DNA from: an uncultured Enterobacteriaceae bacterium
GTDB lineage: Bacteria; Desulfobacterota; Binatia; Bin18
DNA: 64,000 bases
Assembly: GCA_964460065.1 (NCBI GenBank)
Contig: CAYWPF010000025.1
Coordinates: 25,504 to 89,503, forward strand
Reading direction: 5' to 3'
The position numbers were made by a program, and so were the translations under genes. The notes under the pieces are model-generated. The model was not told the origin of the DNA, searched no databases, and worked only from the letters and a program-made list of their open reading frames with translations. This document shows positions 19,871 to 29,054 of the stretch, in pieces. The first letter of the stretch is position 1, and each line of letters starts with the position of its first letter.

Positions 19871-19901
19871 TGTGTTCCCCTCCTTTTTGGGATGCTGATC
19901 A

Positions 19902-21035
19902 TTAAATCGCAAAGAATTGTACCGCATTGCCACCTAATATCTTATCGATGGAAGTCCTCGGTAATTTTTTCAAGTGCATTCGCGCCTTTGCTACCGGATC
20001 CGTGAAGCCTTCGGCGTGTGGATAATCCGAGCCGATGAAGAATTTATGATCGCCGAGAATTTCGACCATATACGGCAACATACGTTCGTCCGGGTCGGCC
20101 GCTACCCAAATGTTGCGTTCGAAGTACTCACTTGCTGGTCGCTCCATTTGGCAGGACGCTCCCATATAACTGTATCGATAATCAAGTCTATCTAACCACT
20201 CGACGACCCATCCACTACCAGATTCTACCGTTGCAACACGGAGACGAGGAAACCGTTCGAATACACCATCATAGACCATGGTTGTTAAAGCCATCCGTGG
20301 GTCCTGGATACCGTTCATGCTCAAAAACATGAACCCCGGCCGGCGGTCGCTATACCAATCGTGTCCGATATAATCTCGGTGCACTACTAGGTGGAGGGCG
20401 ACAGCAATATCGTGGTGGTGGGCTGCGTCCCAAATTGGATCAAACTCAGGACTGCCAAAGCTCTTTCCCCCTACCGGTAAGGCACCGACAAAGATCGTAC
20501 GGGCCCCGTCGCCGGCGAGCCGTTCAATCTCACGTACGGCCTCATAAGGGTCGCGTAAAGAAATGTGTCCTACCGGAAAGAGCCGTTCCCTATGGGCCGA
20601 TACTATTTCGAGGGCCCAAGTGTTGTATGCGCGACAGTGGGCGGCAGCAAGGGCCGGGTCAGAAATCTGCCCTTCCCACATCAGACCGAGCGTCGGGTAA
20701 ATGAACTGGCTCTCAAACCCTTCCCGGTCAAGGTAACTGATTCTGTTTTCCATGTCTTCGAGTGTGTTGTTGAATGCGCTACTAAAATCGAAAGATCCGA
20801 GTCCGGACCCGTCTTCCTTTTGCCCATAACCGACGCCAACACCGAGTAATTCCTCCATGCTGAACTCGCCGACCCCAGCAATCCGTTTGTCTTCATTAAC
20901 CCACATCACATGTTTGTCGGTTTCTGGATCCTTCTTGAATCGAAGACACCTGTCTCGGTATTCCGGCTCAATGTATAGTTCCCAAAGGTCCAACGGCTCC
21001 ATAAAATGACTATCGGCGTCAATAACTCGTGGCAT
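19902..21035 (-). CDS. Amidohydrolase-2 family metal-dependent hydrolase (ACMSD/LigJ-type TIM barrel)
   Basis: 377 aa. N-terminal VIDADSHFMEP metal-binding start is typical of COG2159-type amidohydrolases. Confidence 0.75.
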   Translation of the reverse strand: MPRVIDADSHFMEPLDLWELYIEPEYRDRCLRFKKDPETDKHVMWVNEDKRIAGVGEFSMEELLGVGVGYGQKEDGSGLGSFDFSSAFNNTLEDMENRISYLDREGFESQFIYPTLGLMWEGQISDPALAAAHCRAYNTWALEIVSAHRERLFPVGHISLRDPYEAVREIERLAGDGARTIFVGALPVGGKSFGSPEFDPIWDAAHHHDIAVALHLVVHRDYIGHDWYSDRRPGFMFLSMNGIQDPRMALTTMVYDGVFERFPRLRVATVESGSGWVVEWLDRLDYRYSYMGASCQMERPASEYFERNIWVAADPDERMLPYMVEILGDHKFFIGSDYPHAEGFTDPVAKARMHLKKLPRTSIDKILGGNAVQFFAI

Positions 21036-21105
21036 GCCTTACCTCGTTGTATTTTCCTTGCGACTGAGCGTTTAGATGAGACGGTATGACAGAAAGCAGA
21101 CAACG

Positions 21106-21135
21106 TAAAAGGGGCACATTTCATTGTGCCCCTTT
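21106..21135. terminator. Rho-independent-type hairpin between the two amidohydrolase genes
   Basis: aaaaggggcaca-tttcat-tgtgcccctttt is a perfect 12-bp stem with A-run and T-run flanks. It is readable from either strand. Confidence 0.55.
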
Positions 21136-21158
21136 TACGTTCTTCATAGCTGCCTGGG

Positions 21159-22433
21159 CTACGCTGCTTTTCGCAGGCGGCCTTTACTAGGAGTTAGTTG
21201 ACTATGGTAGAAGGCGCCATCCTTCATTATTGCATGCAAATTTTTTCTGTTTTGCAGAATGCTAATGTCCTTGGCAGGATTTCCCTTTACGATTAGCAAG
21301 TCGGCGATTTTACCGCGTTCGATTGTGCCAAGTTGGTCTCCCATCCCTAAGAGTTCCGCTCCGTTTTTCGTCGCCCAGCGGAGAACGTCTATTGGGGCCA
21401 TTCCCGCCCCATTTACATAGGCCTCTAGCTCGCAGGCGTAGTCGCCGTGAGGCATGGAGGCAATGCCGAAATCGTCACCGATAACCAGTTTGACACCGGC
21501 CTTGTCCGCTTTGGGGATGACCTTGTAGGAACGCTCTAGGTTACGTTCCATCTCATCTACACCGCCCCAGCCGCTTGCGCCTGTGCGGCGTTTTTCTTCA
21601 ACGACCTTCCAGGGAAAGTACAGGCTTGGGGTAACGAATGTCCCCTGCTTGACCATACCGTCAATGCATTCATCGTCCATCCGGTCCCCATGATCGATGA
21701 CGTCCATTCCGGCTTTCAGGGCTGCGAGAATTCCTTTTTTTGAGATGATGTGGCCGCGAATTTTACGGCCGCGCTCGTGTGCTGCCGTTGTCGCAGAGTC
21801 GATCTCGTCTTGACTCATTGTCATAGTATTCTCGTCCCACATCAAACCGTGTCCCCCGGTGGGATAGAGCTTGATAATATCCACGCCGTTTTTTATTTCT
21901 TCGCGAATGGCCCGGCGGAAATCGTCTGGACCGTCGCAGACACGGGCGAGGCCGTCCATGCCCATTTTCCAGAATTCCGGGTGACAGTCGACGGAGTCTC
22001 CTGTCGTCACGACGTCGCGCCCGCATGCAAGAAACCGCGGGCCGGGAATCATGCCCGAGTTGATGGCTTTTTTGAGAGTGACATCGATATTATGCATCGT
22101 ACCGGCGCCGGCGGCGCCGGTATAGCCACAGCTCAGCAGTAGTTCGGCGTTCTTGGCTGCCATTAGAGCGAGATATGTCGGCGGGTACTTCATGTCTATG
22201 TCGTTCATGTCCGATACATTCGCGTAGGCGACGTGATAGTGGCACTGGACCATCCCTGGCATCAAGGACTTGCCACTGAGATCATATACAGTGTCCCTCG
22301 ACGTGGGTTTAGGAATATCTCCGTTCTTCCCTACAGCGCTAATGCGCTTGCCCTGAACGACAACAGTTGAATTTGGCTGTGGTTTGTGGTCGCCGTCGAT
22401 CAAGTTCACGCCGCGAAAAAATGTACGTGCCAT
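21159..22433 (-). CDS. Metal-dependent amidohydrolase (amidohydrolase-1 family)
   Basis: 424 aa. VQCHYHV metal-binding motif early in the protein. Dihydroorotase/imidazolonepropionase-like barrel. Confidence 0.8.
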   Translation of the reverse strand: MARTFFRGVNLIDGDHKPQPNSTVVVQGKRISAVGKNGDIPKPTSRDTVYDLSGKSLMPGMVQCHYHVAYANVSDMNDIDMKYPPTYLALMAAKNAELLLSCGYTGAAGAGTMHNIDVTLKKAINSGMIPGPRFLACGRDVVTTGDSVDCHPEFWKMGMDGLARVCDGPDDFRRAIREEIKNGVDIIKLYPTGGHGLMWDENTMTMSQDEIDSATTAAHERGRKIRGHIISKKGILAALKAGMDVIDHGDRMDDECIDGMVKQGTFVTPSLYFPWKVVEEKRRTGASGWGGVDEMERNLERSYKVIPKADKAGVKLVIGDDFGIASMPHGDYACELEAYVNGAGMAPIDVLRWATKNGAELLGMGDQLGTIERGKIADLLIVKGNPAKDISILQNRKNLHAIMKDGAFYHSQLTPSKGRLRKAA

Positions 22434-22530
22434 TTACTACCCTCCTCTTTTTCGGACCGTGGAGAAAACTCTCTCAAGAGTGATTCATCGTTCATACCGC
22501 ATTTCGGCGTGGATGGGAAACGGTTTTTTC

Positions 22531-23616
22531 TTACAGATCCCTAACGGCTGGTATCACTTCTTCGGCAAAACGGCTCATGGCCGCTTGGACATCAGCGTGC
22601 GGGACGAGTCCACCAGGGTTAAACCAACAGATCAGCTCGTTCATTTTCAGTCTGTCGTGGAGTTCGCGGATGCGTTCTATGCAATCTTCCGAGGATCCAA
22701 AGACCGCCATAGTCTCATTTACTTTTTGGAATGTGATGTTTTCGAGATTTTTCCGTATTTCCGCGGTGTATTGGTATGAGTCCCCGTCTTCCTGTTTATG
22801 GGCCCCGCTGGTCATCATTCCGAGTACGCTCTGAAAATAATTTCGGATGCTGGGTTCTATTGCCTCTTGCACCCGGCCCAGGCTTTCCCCTGGATGCACG
22901 AAGAACATGGTGGACACGTCTTGGTTAGTATAGTGTGGGTGAACTGCATTTTTGTGTGCGTGAGAGGAAGATTTCCATGCGTTACGGTACGTTTGGACTT
23001 GATCGTACATTTTAGGTAACGGGTTGGTTACCGACGCGACGAAGATAGGGTGCGATGTTTTTCCGGCAAACAGGGCGGTTTCAGGACTATTTGCTGCAAC
23101 GCGAATGGGGGGGTGGGGTTGTTGAAGGGGGCGTGGCACGACACTGGTATCTGGAATTTTGTAGTATTCCCCATCATACGAAAAAGTTTCATTGGCCCAG
23201 GCTTGCTTAATGATGTTGAGGGCTTCTTCAAAACGCGCGCGGCTGTCGTCTCGCGATCGATCAAACCCCGCGAAATGGAGGGGGATTGTTCCTCGACCCA
23301 CCCCGAATTCAAGGCGACCGTTACTCAGCAAATCGACAGTAGCCCCTTCTTCGGCGTTTCGGACAGGATGCCACAATGGTAATAAGTTCACGGCGATGCC
23401 GAGGCGGATCCGTTCTGTTTTTTGTGCGATGGCCGTTGCCACAATCAGTGGCGAAGACATGATCGAAAAGTGTTTGTAAAAATGAAGTTCCGCGAGCCAC
23501 GCGCAGTGAAATCCAAGGTGTTCGGCATGGACCACCTGTTCAATAGTTTCCTGATAGCGTGTTGCCTGCGCCTGGGTGTCGGCACACGGTAATTGATAGA
23601 ATAGCCCAAATCGCAC
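22531..23616 (-). CDS. LLM-class flavin-dependent oxidoreductase (long form, third paralogue)
   Basis: 361 aa. MRFGLFYQLP...AEHLGFHCAWLAELHF luciferase-like pattern. Confidence 0.8.
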   Translation of the reverse strand: MRFGLFYQLPCADTQAQATRYQETIEQVVHAEHLGFHCAWLAELHFYKHFSIMSSPLIVATAIAQKTERIRLGIAVNLLPLWHPVRNAEEGATVDLLSNGRLEFGVGRGTIPLHFAGFDRSRDDSRARFEEALNIIKQAWANETFSYDGEYYKIPDTSVVPRPLQQPHPPIRVAANSPETALFAGKTSHPIFVASVTNPLPKMYDQVQTYRNAWKSSSHAHKNAVHPHYTNQDVSTMFFVHPGESLGRVQEAIEPSIRNYFQSVLGMMTSGAHKQEDGDSYQYTAEIRKNLENITFQKVNETMAVFGSSEDCIERIRELHDRLKMNELICWFNPGGLVPHADVQAAMSRFAEEVIPAVRDL

Positions 23617-23800
23617 GTGTTCTGCCCCCCGATTTAATCTGGTATATCGTCAGGAACTCAGGGCTCTGTTGAACATGCCCGGCGTGGTCATGTCAAGCAC
23701 AGTCTCTGCACTTGTTAGAGGTTATTGCGGGTCTCGATTGTTGTAGACAACTCTATTAGGGTGAAGCTTCGGGAAAATAGCTCGTATAAGGAGAGAGGCT

Positions 23801-24178
23801 ATGGCCAACCAAAAGGATCTCGAAACAGGGATCGCAATTCGAAAGAAGCTGAGTGGGGATCGGTTCGGAAAGTCGGCGAGCGCGCTCGCCGAGCTAGCCC
23901 CAGATCTAGATGAAATGTTGAACGAGGTTGTTTTTGGCCGAGTTTGGTCCCGGCCTGGACTGGAGTTGAAAATGAGAAGTGTTGCAGTTATTGCCGCTCT
24001 CACAGCACTACAAAGGCTCCCGCAACTAAAAAGCCACATTGCGAATGGTCTGAACGCTGGTCTCAAAAAAGAAGAAGTTGTTGAAATCCTGATCCAAATG
24101 GCGTTTTACGCAGGTGCGCCAGCGGCGGTGAATGCCTTCCAGATTGCGAAAGAAGTCTTTGATGAAGAGGGCCTGTAA
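23801..24178 (+). CDS. Carboxymuconolactone decarboxylase family protein (gamma-CMD-like)
   Basis: 125 aa. VVFGRVWSRPGLELKMRSVAVIAALTA matches 4-carboxymuconolactone decarboxylase-type proteins. Confidence 0.75.
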   Translation: MANQKDLETGIAIRKKLSGDRFGKSASALAELAPDLDEMLNEVVFGRVWSRPGLELKMRSVAVIAALTALQRLPQLKSHIANGLNAGLKKEEVVEILIQMAFYAGAPAAVNAFQIAKEVFDEEGL

Positions 24179-24197
24179 AATGAGGAGGTAGGCAGAC

Positions 24198-25562
24198 GTG
24201 GTGCCGTTATGGGACAGGCTGGTTCGTCAGAAGAAACGGGACCCGGCGAGTGTCCACAAAAATTCATTGGACCTAGGCGAGTGGCGGCTCGACACGGATC
24301 GCTTTTTGCGGGTGCTAAAATCCATGGTCTCTGTGGCGGAGCGTCTTCAGAATTCCAGCAGCAGGGAAATTGCCGAGCCTAAGGAAGATCTTGCGGCTCG
24401 CTTTGTACTTGCGGAACTGTCCAAGTATAGGCGAAGCGGAACCCTAAAGATCCAAGAGGTCTCTTACGCGAAAGGCCGCAGCAACCTTATCATTACATAT
24501 CCCGCGACGTCGAATAGTCATGATCGTCCCACCGTAGCATTTGTTGGTGCGCACCTGGACGTGGTTCCCGCAGACGCGGGACAGTGGATTAGGCCCCCCT
24601 TTGAATTGCAGGTTGAAAATGGCCGCCTCTTTGGGAGAGGAGTCACTGACTGTTTAGGACATGTCGCTGTCCTTACGGATCTATTCGCGCAATTGGCTGA
24701 GTCGCAAATAGAACTTCAACGCGATGTCGTCGCGGTGATAATTGCGGATGAAGAACTTTCAAACACGAACGGGGTAGGGATTGGACAGCTTGTACGAGAC
24801 GGCCGACTGGACGATCTTAAGAATGGCCCACTATATTGGATTGACAGCTCTGACTTTGGACCAACAACGGCGACGGCAGGCATGGCCCTTTGGCGGATCA
24901 TTGTAAGTGGCAAGACTAGTCATTCGGGATTCCCGCAGAATGGTATCAATGCTGTGGAGCTTGCGAACGAGATTATTCGTTCTTTGCAAGAATGGTTCTA
25001 TGCACACTATCCGGCCCACCCGAATGAGAAGGGCTACGGCTTCATTTGTCCTTCCTCCTTGAAGCCGACTCGCGTCACGGTAGAGAATGACACTTTAACC
25101 AAGATTCCGGCCAAAGCCGTCATCGAAGGCGACGTCCGGCTCACTCCGTGGTATGACCCGTTAAAAGTGAAGGAGGGAATGAACGATTTCTTGCGAAATT
25201 TGTCAATAGATCAGTTACCTACGGTTGGTCCGGCGAGTTACTCCGTGGAGGGGGATGTAGGAACCGCGACGTTCGATCTCCTTGGTACTGCTTCCGGCGG
25301 CATGGCTTGTGACAGAGATTCTGATGGGTATACGGCTCTGGAACGAGCCATTGTCAGTGTAGTGCCAGATTCCCGCCCGATCGCGATGACTGGCACATTG
25401 CCCTATGTGAGTTTTCTTCAGGCGCGAGGGTTCGACGTCCAAATAACTGGGTTTGGGAGAAATGAGGCTTATCATGCCCCGAATGAGTTTGCGGAACTGT
25501 CCGACATGCAGCTGGGGTTTCAGGTTTTGTGCCGTATTCTTGGGTACTTTGATCAGCCCTAA
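24198..25562 (+). CDS. M20-family metallopeptidase/amidohydrolase (second paralogue)
   Basis: 454 aa. AHLDVVPA...GRGVTDCLGHVA...ADEE motifs. Confidence 0.75.
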   Translation: MVPLWDRLVRQKKRDPASVHKNSLDLGEWRLDTDRFLRVLKSMVSVAERLQNSSSREIAEPKEDLAARFVLAELSKYRRSGTLKIQEVSYAKGRSNLIITYPATSNSHDRPTVAFVGAHLDVVPADAGQWIRPPFELQVENGRLFGRGVTDCLGHVAVLTDLFAQLAESQIELQRDVVAVIIADEELSNTNGVGIGQLVRDGRLDDLKNGPLYWIDSSDFGPTTATAGMALWRIIVSGKTSHSGFPQNGINAVELANEIIRSLQEWFYAHYPAHPNEKGYGFICPSSLKPTRVTVENDTLTKIPAKAVIEGDVRLTPWYDPLKVKEGMNDFLRNLSIDQLPTVGPASYSVEGDVGTATFDLLGTASGGMACDRDSDGYTALERAIVSVVPDSRPIAMTGTLPYVSFLQARGFDVQITGFGRNEAYHAPNEFAELSDMQLGFQVLCRILGYFDQP

Positions 25563-25580
25563 GTCGATGCCCGTTCTTGA

Positions 25581-25865
25581 TTAGCGGTGTCGAAACGTAA
25601 TTCGTCCTCGTTCTAGGTCATACGGGGAAAGCTGTACAGTGACGCTGTCTCCTTGGATTATCTTAATGAAGAATTTGCGCATCTTGCCGGCGACATGGGC
25701 GAGGATAGAGTGGCCGTTTTCCAACTCAACTCGAAAAAAAGCGTTTGGTAGAACTTCCGTCACCGTGCCGTTCATCTCGATGACGTCTTTTTCTACCGCG
25801 GGCTCGGTATTGCGCTCCTTCTTCCTTCGCTTGCCCCCTCCGCCTCTTCTCCGTGGTCCTGCCAT
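25581..25865 (-). CDS. infA: Translation initiation factor IF-1 with a basic N-terminal extension
   Basis: Core [69 protein letters not shown] aligns with E. coli and B. subtilis IF-1. RBS AAGGAG precedes the [17 protein letters not shown] start. Confidence 0.85.
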   Translation of the reverse strand: MAGPRRRGGGGKRRKKERNTEPAVEKDVIEMNGTVTEVLPNAFFRVELENGHSILAHVAGKMRKFFIKIIQGDSVTVQLSPYDLERGRITFRHR

Positions 25866-25877
25866 AAAAACTCCTTG

Positions 25878-25921
25878 TACCAAAAAGAAACCCCGGTTGA
25901 CGCGTTTGGAGCAGCCGGGGT
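25878..25921 (-). terminator. Terminator-like hairpin plus U-tract immediately upstream of the infA Shine-Dalgarno sequence
   Basis: accccggttg...cagccggggt has 9 of 10 bp pairing around a 12-nt loop. On the minus strand it is followed by TCTTTTTGG. Confidence 0.4.
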
Positions 25922-26156
25922 CCCGCACTCGTCACTTTGACGACCCTGCGAAGGCTATCAGATCCGTTTTGACGAAACAACCAGAACGGTAAGAATATAC
26001 TAGACGGAGGATCGCGTCAGAAAGGTCGAGGTTTTCGCTTTCTTATTTTTGTGGACATCGCAGAGCGATCGGCGCTACGGGCGATTGCAGGCGGGAGCTA
26101 GTCGAGAGCCAGTAGATAGGGTGGCATGCCATAGCAATCCCGAGAGGGCTCGATAT

Positions 26157-27452
26157 CTATGGATGAATCGGATCCTGGGTTGGTGGGAGGTCCATACTGA
26201 TTGGCTTTGGGATCACGAAAAAGAAAAAAATGACAAAGGAGAGAGTGGCGAGTCCCGCCGCTACCAGGAAGGGTAGTGCCCAGTTACCCGTGAGCGCAAC
26301 AAGGAATCCGGCCGTTATCGGGCCGAATATTCCCGCAAAGTTACCTGAACCATTCATAAATCCCGATATGGCGCCGACGTATTGGGCGTTGAGTTCGAGT
26401 GGCACGGACCAGTAGCCTCCACCTGCCACGTTCATGAGAAATAGGTAGGTGGCGAAACACAATACTGAATTCCCGCCAGATTCAACTAAGACGGCGGAGA
26501 CTAGGAATGGGACACCTAAAGCGATGCATATTGACGGGGCCTGAGCCCGCGCCATTCGCACGCTAAAGCCGCGGCTCAATAGCCAGTCAGACAGTGTGCC
26601 GCCAGAGATCAACCCCGCAAAACTTGCCAATGTCGGGATGACACCCACCCACCCCATTTGTTGGAGAGTGAAACCGCGCACTTTGACCATGTACGTGGGC
26701 AACCACAATACAATCATCCACAAGCCATAGATCAGCAGGAGGTACGAGAGAGCAAGTAGGAGGACTTGCGGTTCTTTGGCAACAATCCAGGGCGAGGCCG
26801 TCCTGGTCGATCGAGGCGCGAGATTGTCCTTAATATACGCGAGTTCATGCTCGCTGATTCGTGGATGCTCCTCTGGCTTATGTGTCGCAAAGGCCATCCA
26901 GGCGATCAACCAGATACCGCCGAGCAATGCGTTACAGTAAAATACCACCGGCCAAGAGAACAGGGCGAGCAACCAGGTGGTAAGAGGATAAGCGATGGCT
27001 TGACCCAGGTACGCTCCCGACACGCTCAACGTCTGAGCCCGACTGTATTCCTGACGGGGTATCCAACGCGCGTTCAGGACTGCATACGCTGGGAAAGTCA
27101 CAGATTCAAACATTCCAACACTGAACCGTAGCAACAGCATGAGCCCGAAGCCTAACTGTCCGAGCGGGGTCAACGCAGTGAAGACGGAAAAGCCAACACA
27201 AACAAGGATCAAGAGTCTGTGCGTATTCCATCGGTCCGCTAATACGCCGCCCGGAAATTGAAGTAATGCGTAACCGAATAAGAAAGCGGAGAAAATGAGC
27301 CCAAATTGAGCTTCGTCCCAACCAAGTGACTCCATCATGACCGGAGCAGCGACCGCAATGTTGACTCGGTCAAGGTAGTTGATCATGCTCCCGCCCGTGA
27401 GCAACGCGACCATCTGATAACGGACGGGCATTCTACTTTTCGTACCACGCAT
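26157..27452 (-). CDS. MFS transporter
   Basis: 431 aa with about 12 hydrophobic segments. The MFS loop DRVNIAVAAP is present. Confidence 0.8.
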   Translation of the reverse strand: MRGTKSRMPVRYQMVALLTGGSMINYLDRVNIAVAAPVMMESLGWDEAQFGLIFSAFLFGYALLQFPGGVLADRWNTHRLLILVCVGFSVFTALTPLGQLGFGLMLLLRFSVGMFESVTFPAYAVLNARWIPRQEYSRAQTLSVSGAYLGQAIAYPLTTWLLALFSWPVVFYCNALLGGIWLIAWMAFATHKPEEHPRISEHELAYIKDNLAPRSTRTASPWIVAKEPQVLLLALSYLLLIYGLWMIVLWLPTYMVKVRGFTLQQMGWVGVIPTLASFAGLISGGTLSDWLLSRGFSVRMARAQAPSICIALGVPFLVSAVLVESGGNSVLCFATYLFLMNVAGGGYWSVPLELNAQYVGAISGFMNGSGNFAGIFGPITAGFLVALTGNWALPFLVAAGLATLSFVIFFFFVIPKPISMDLPPTQDPIHP

Positions 27453-27460
27453 CGCAGGGA

Positions 27461-28000
27461 TTACTGTTCGAGGCTCGCTCCCGCCAGGAAGGCTATGACA
27501 TGACAGGGCTCCGGCCCGGGATTGTGCCAGCGGTGCATGGTACCGCTTTGGACAACGACATCGCCCGTGTGAAGTTCTGTCGTTGAACCGTCGTCAAGTT
27601 CCAACACGCAACTCCCCGACACGATATAAAGGGCGTCTATTGTAGCTGACCGGTGCATCCCGGGGTCGTCGGCTTTCATGGTTGATAAAAGTCCGGGGAA
27701 GAGTCGTTCAGTCTCGGTTGCTACCAATTCCGGTTCTTGGCCGTTGCTCTCATTGGTCGGTTGTTCTGGAGCGAGCACGAAAGCCGCGAAGCGGAACCCG
27801 CCCACGGGTGGAAACCATGCTTGGTGTTTTGGCTCGGTCCCATCGTCTGGATACGAAAGCGTCTCGTCTGCCCCCCACAAGGTGGTAAGTGTGGCCCCCG
27901 CCAAACCCGGAACGTTGGTCCCTTCTACCTCTTGGTCGCTAGCGATGACCGACTTGCCGTCGGGATGATGGCCTGTTACCACCCGTCTTATTTTTTTCAT
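27461..28000 (-). CDS. Cupin domain protein
   Basis: I set the start at MKKIRRVV, which follows RBS AGGAGG. C-terminal cupin barrel (LHTGDVVVQSGTMHRWHNPG). Confidence 0.7.
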   Translation of the reverse strand: MKKIRRVVTGHHPDGKSVIASDQEVEGTNVPGLAGATLTTLWGADETLSYPDDGTEPKHQAWFPPVGGFRFAAFVLAPEQPTNESNGQEPELVATETERLFPGLLSTMKADDPGMHRSATIDALYIVSGSCVLELDDGSTTELHTGDVVVQSGTMHRWHNPGPEPCHVIAFLAGASLEQ

Positions 28001-28131
28001 AGGGCACCTCCTGTGCTCACATAGTGCCTGTATGCCCGGTTCGTAGCCCCTGTCAATCTCCAACACGCGGGCCTCGGTGGTCACATCCCTGAGAGGATGT
28101 AATGAATAGCTGAGCGAATGTTCGCGCGTTT

Positions 28132-28620
28132 ATGCTAGGCTCACGTTTCCATATGGCACTACAATATGACATCTTGCCGGGAGAAGTGTTTGGTCTGGCG
28201 GCCGCATTACTGTGGGGGACCGCGCCCATATTAGTGCGGCGGGGTCTGGCATATACGAGTGCGCGTGTAGGGGTCCTCTACGGGTTATTGGCCAGTGTCC
28301 CTTTGGTAATGTTCGTAATGATGACGCACCCGTTCGAGGTGACCGAGGTGCTAAACGGGGAGGCGCTAATCTGGTTCACCGCGGCCGGGATCTCCGGCCC
28401 GGGTTTAGGCAGAATGTTCAATTACCTGAGTGTTGCTCGTCTGGGAGCAGCAAAAAGTACCTCGCTTGTGAACACGGCGCCGCTCTTCACTACCTTTTTT
28501 GCGGTCGTGTTTTTGGTCGAGCGTTTAACCCTGACAATTTTTATTGGTGTTTTTAGTATTGTAGTTGGTGTTTTGACCTTGACAAGTCGGCACCGTCTTA
28601 ACGAAAAGAGGTTGCCGTGA
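28132..28620 (+). CDS. EamA/DMT-family half-size transporter, first member of a pair
   Basis: About 5 TM segments. EamA-like (GLAAALLWGTAPIL). Confidence 0.55.
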   Translation: MLGSRFHMALQYDILPGEVFGLAAALLWGTAPILVRRGLAYTSARVGVLYGLLASVPLVMFVMMTHPFEVTEVLNGEALIWFTAAGISGPGLGRMFNYLSVARLGAAKSTSLVNTAPLFTTFFAVVFLVERLTLTIFIGVFSIVVGVLTLTSRHRLNEKRLP

Positions 28621-29042
28621 AAGAGCTGAGCCTTCCCCTTCTCGCTGCCTTTTTTTATGGGCTGAATCCTATTTTTGCTAAAGCAGGGCTACGTCTCAGC
28701 AATGAACCGCTCTTAGGAGCCGCAATAGGTATCCTGACAAGTCTCGTCGTACACACCGTGTTTTTTGCCATCTCCCCGGAGGCCGCTCCCAAGCGAAGGT
28801 CGTCTCTCAGAGGTTTCGTTTTTTTCGGCGCTGCAGGGTTACTTTCTACGTTGGCTATTTTCTGTCTTTTCCTGGCGATGCGTTCCCTGCCGGCAGTGAT
28901 AGTTGCGCCCCTGACGGCGACTGTGCCCCTCGTCACGCTTGGTTTAAGTTATATTGTGTTGCGTGACGTAGAGACCCTCACGAAGTTTGATGCACTAGGA
29001 ACCGTCCTGGTCGTGCTTGGAGTGATACTATTGATTCGCTGA
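28617..29042 (+). CDS. EamA/DMT-family half-size transporter, second member of a pair
   Basis: 141 aa with about 5 TM segments. Its GTG start overlaps the upstream stop (GTGA). Confidence 0.55.
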   Translation: MKELSLPLLAAFFYGLNPIFAKAGLRLSNEPLLGAAIGILTSLVVHTVFFAISPEAAPKRRSSLRGFVFFGAAGLLSTLAIFCLFLAMRSLPAVIVAPLTATVPLVTLGLSYIVLRDVETLTKFDALGTVLVVLGVILLIR

Positions 29043-29054
29043 AGAAACGTTGGT

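Noticed and set aside
25961-26010. Plus-strand sigma70-like hexamers TTGACG and TATACT in the infA/MFS spacer
   Set aside because: The spacing is about 21 nt, which is too long, and there is no plus-strand gene downstream. I kept it only as a low-weight hint of a possible sRNA.
28098-28112. Short palindrome GCGAA-TG-TTCGC in the cupin/EamA divergent region as a possible operator
   Set aside because: The arms are only 5 bp and it occurs once, so it is not distinguishable from chance.
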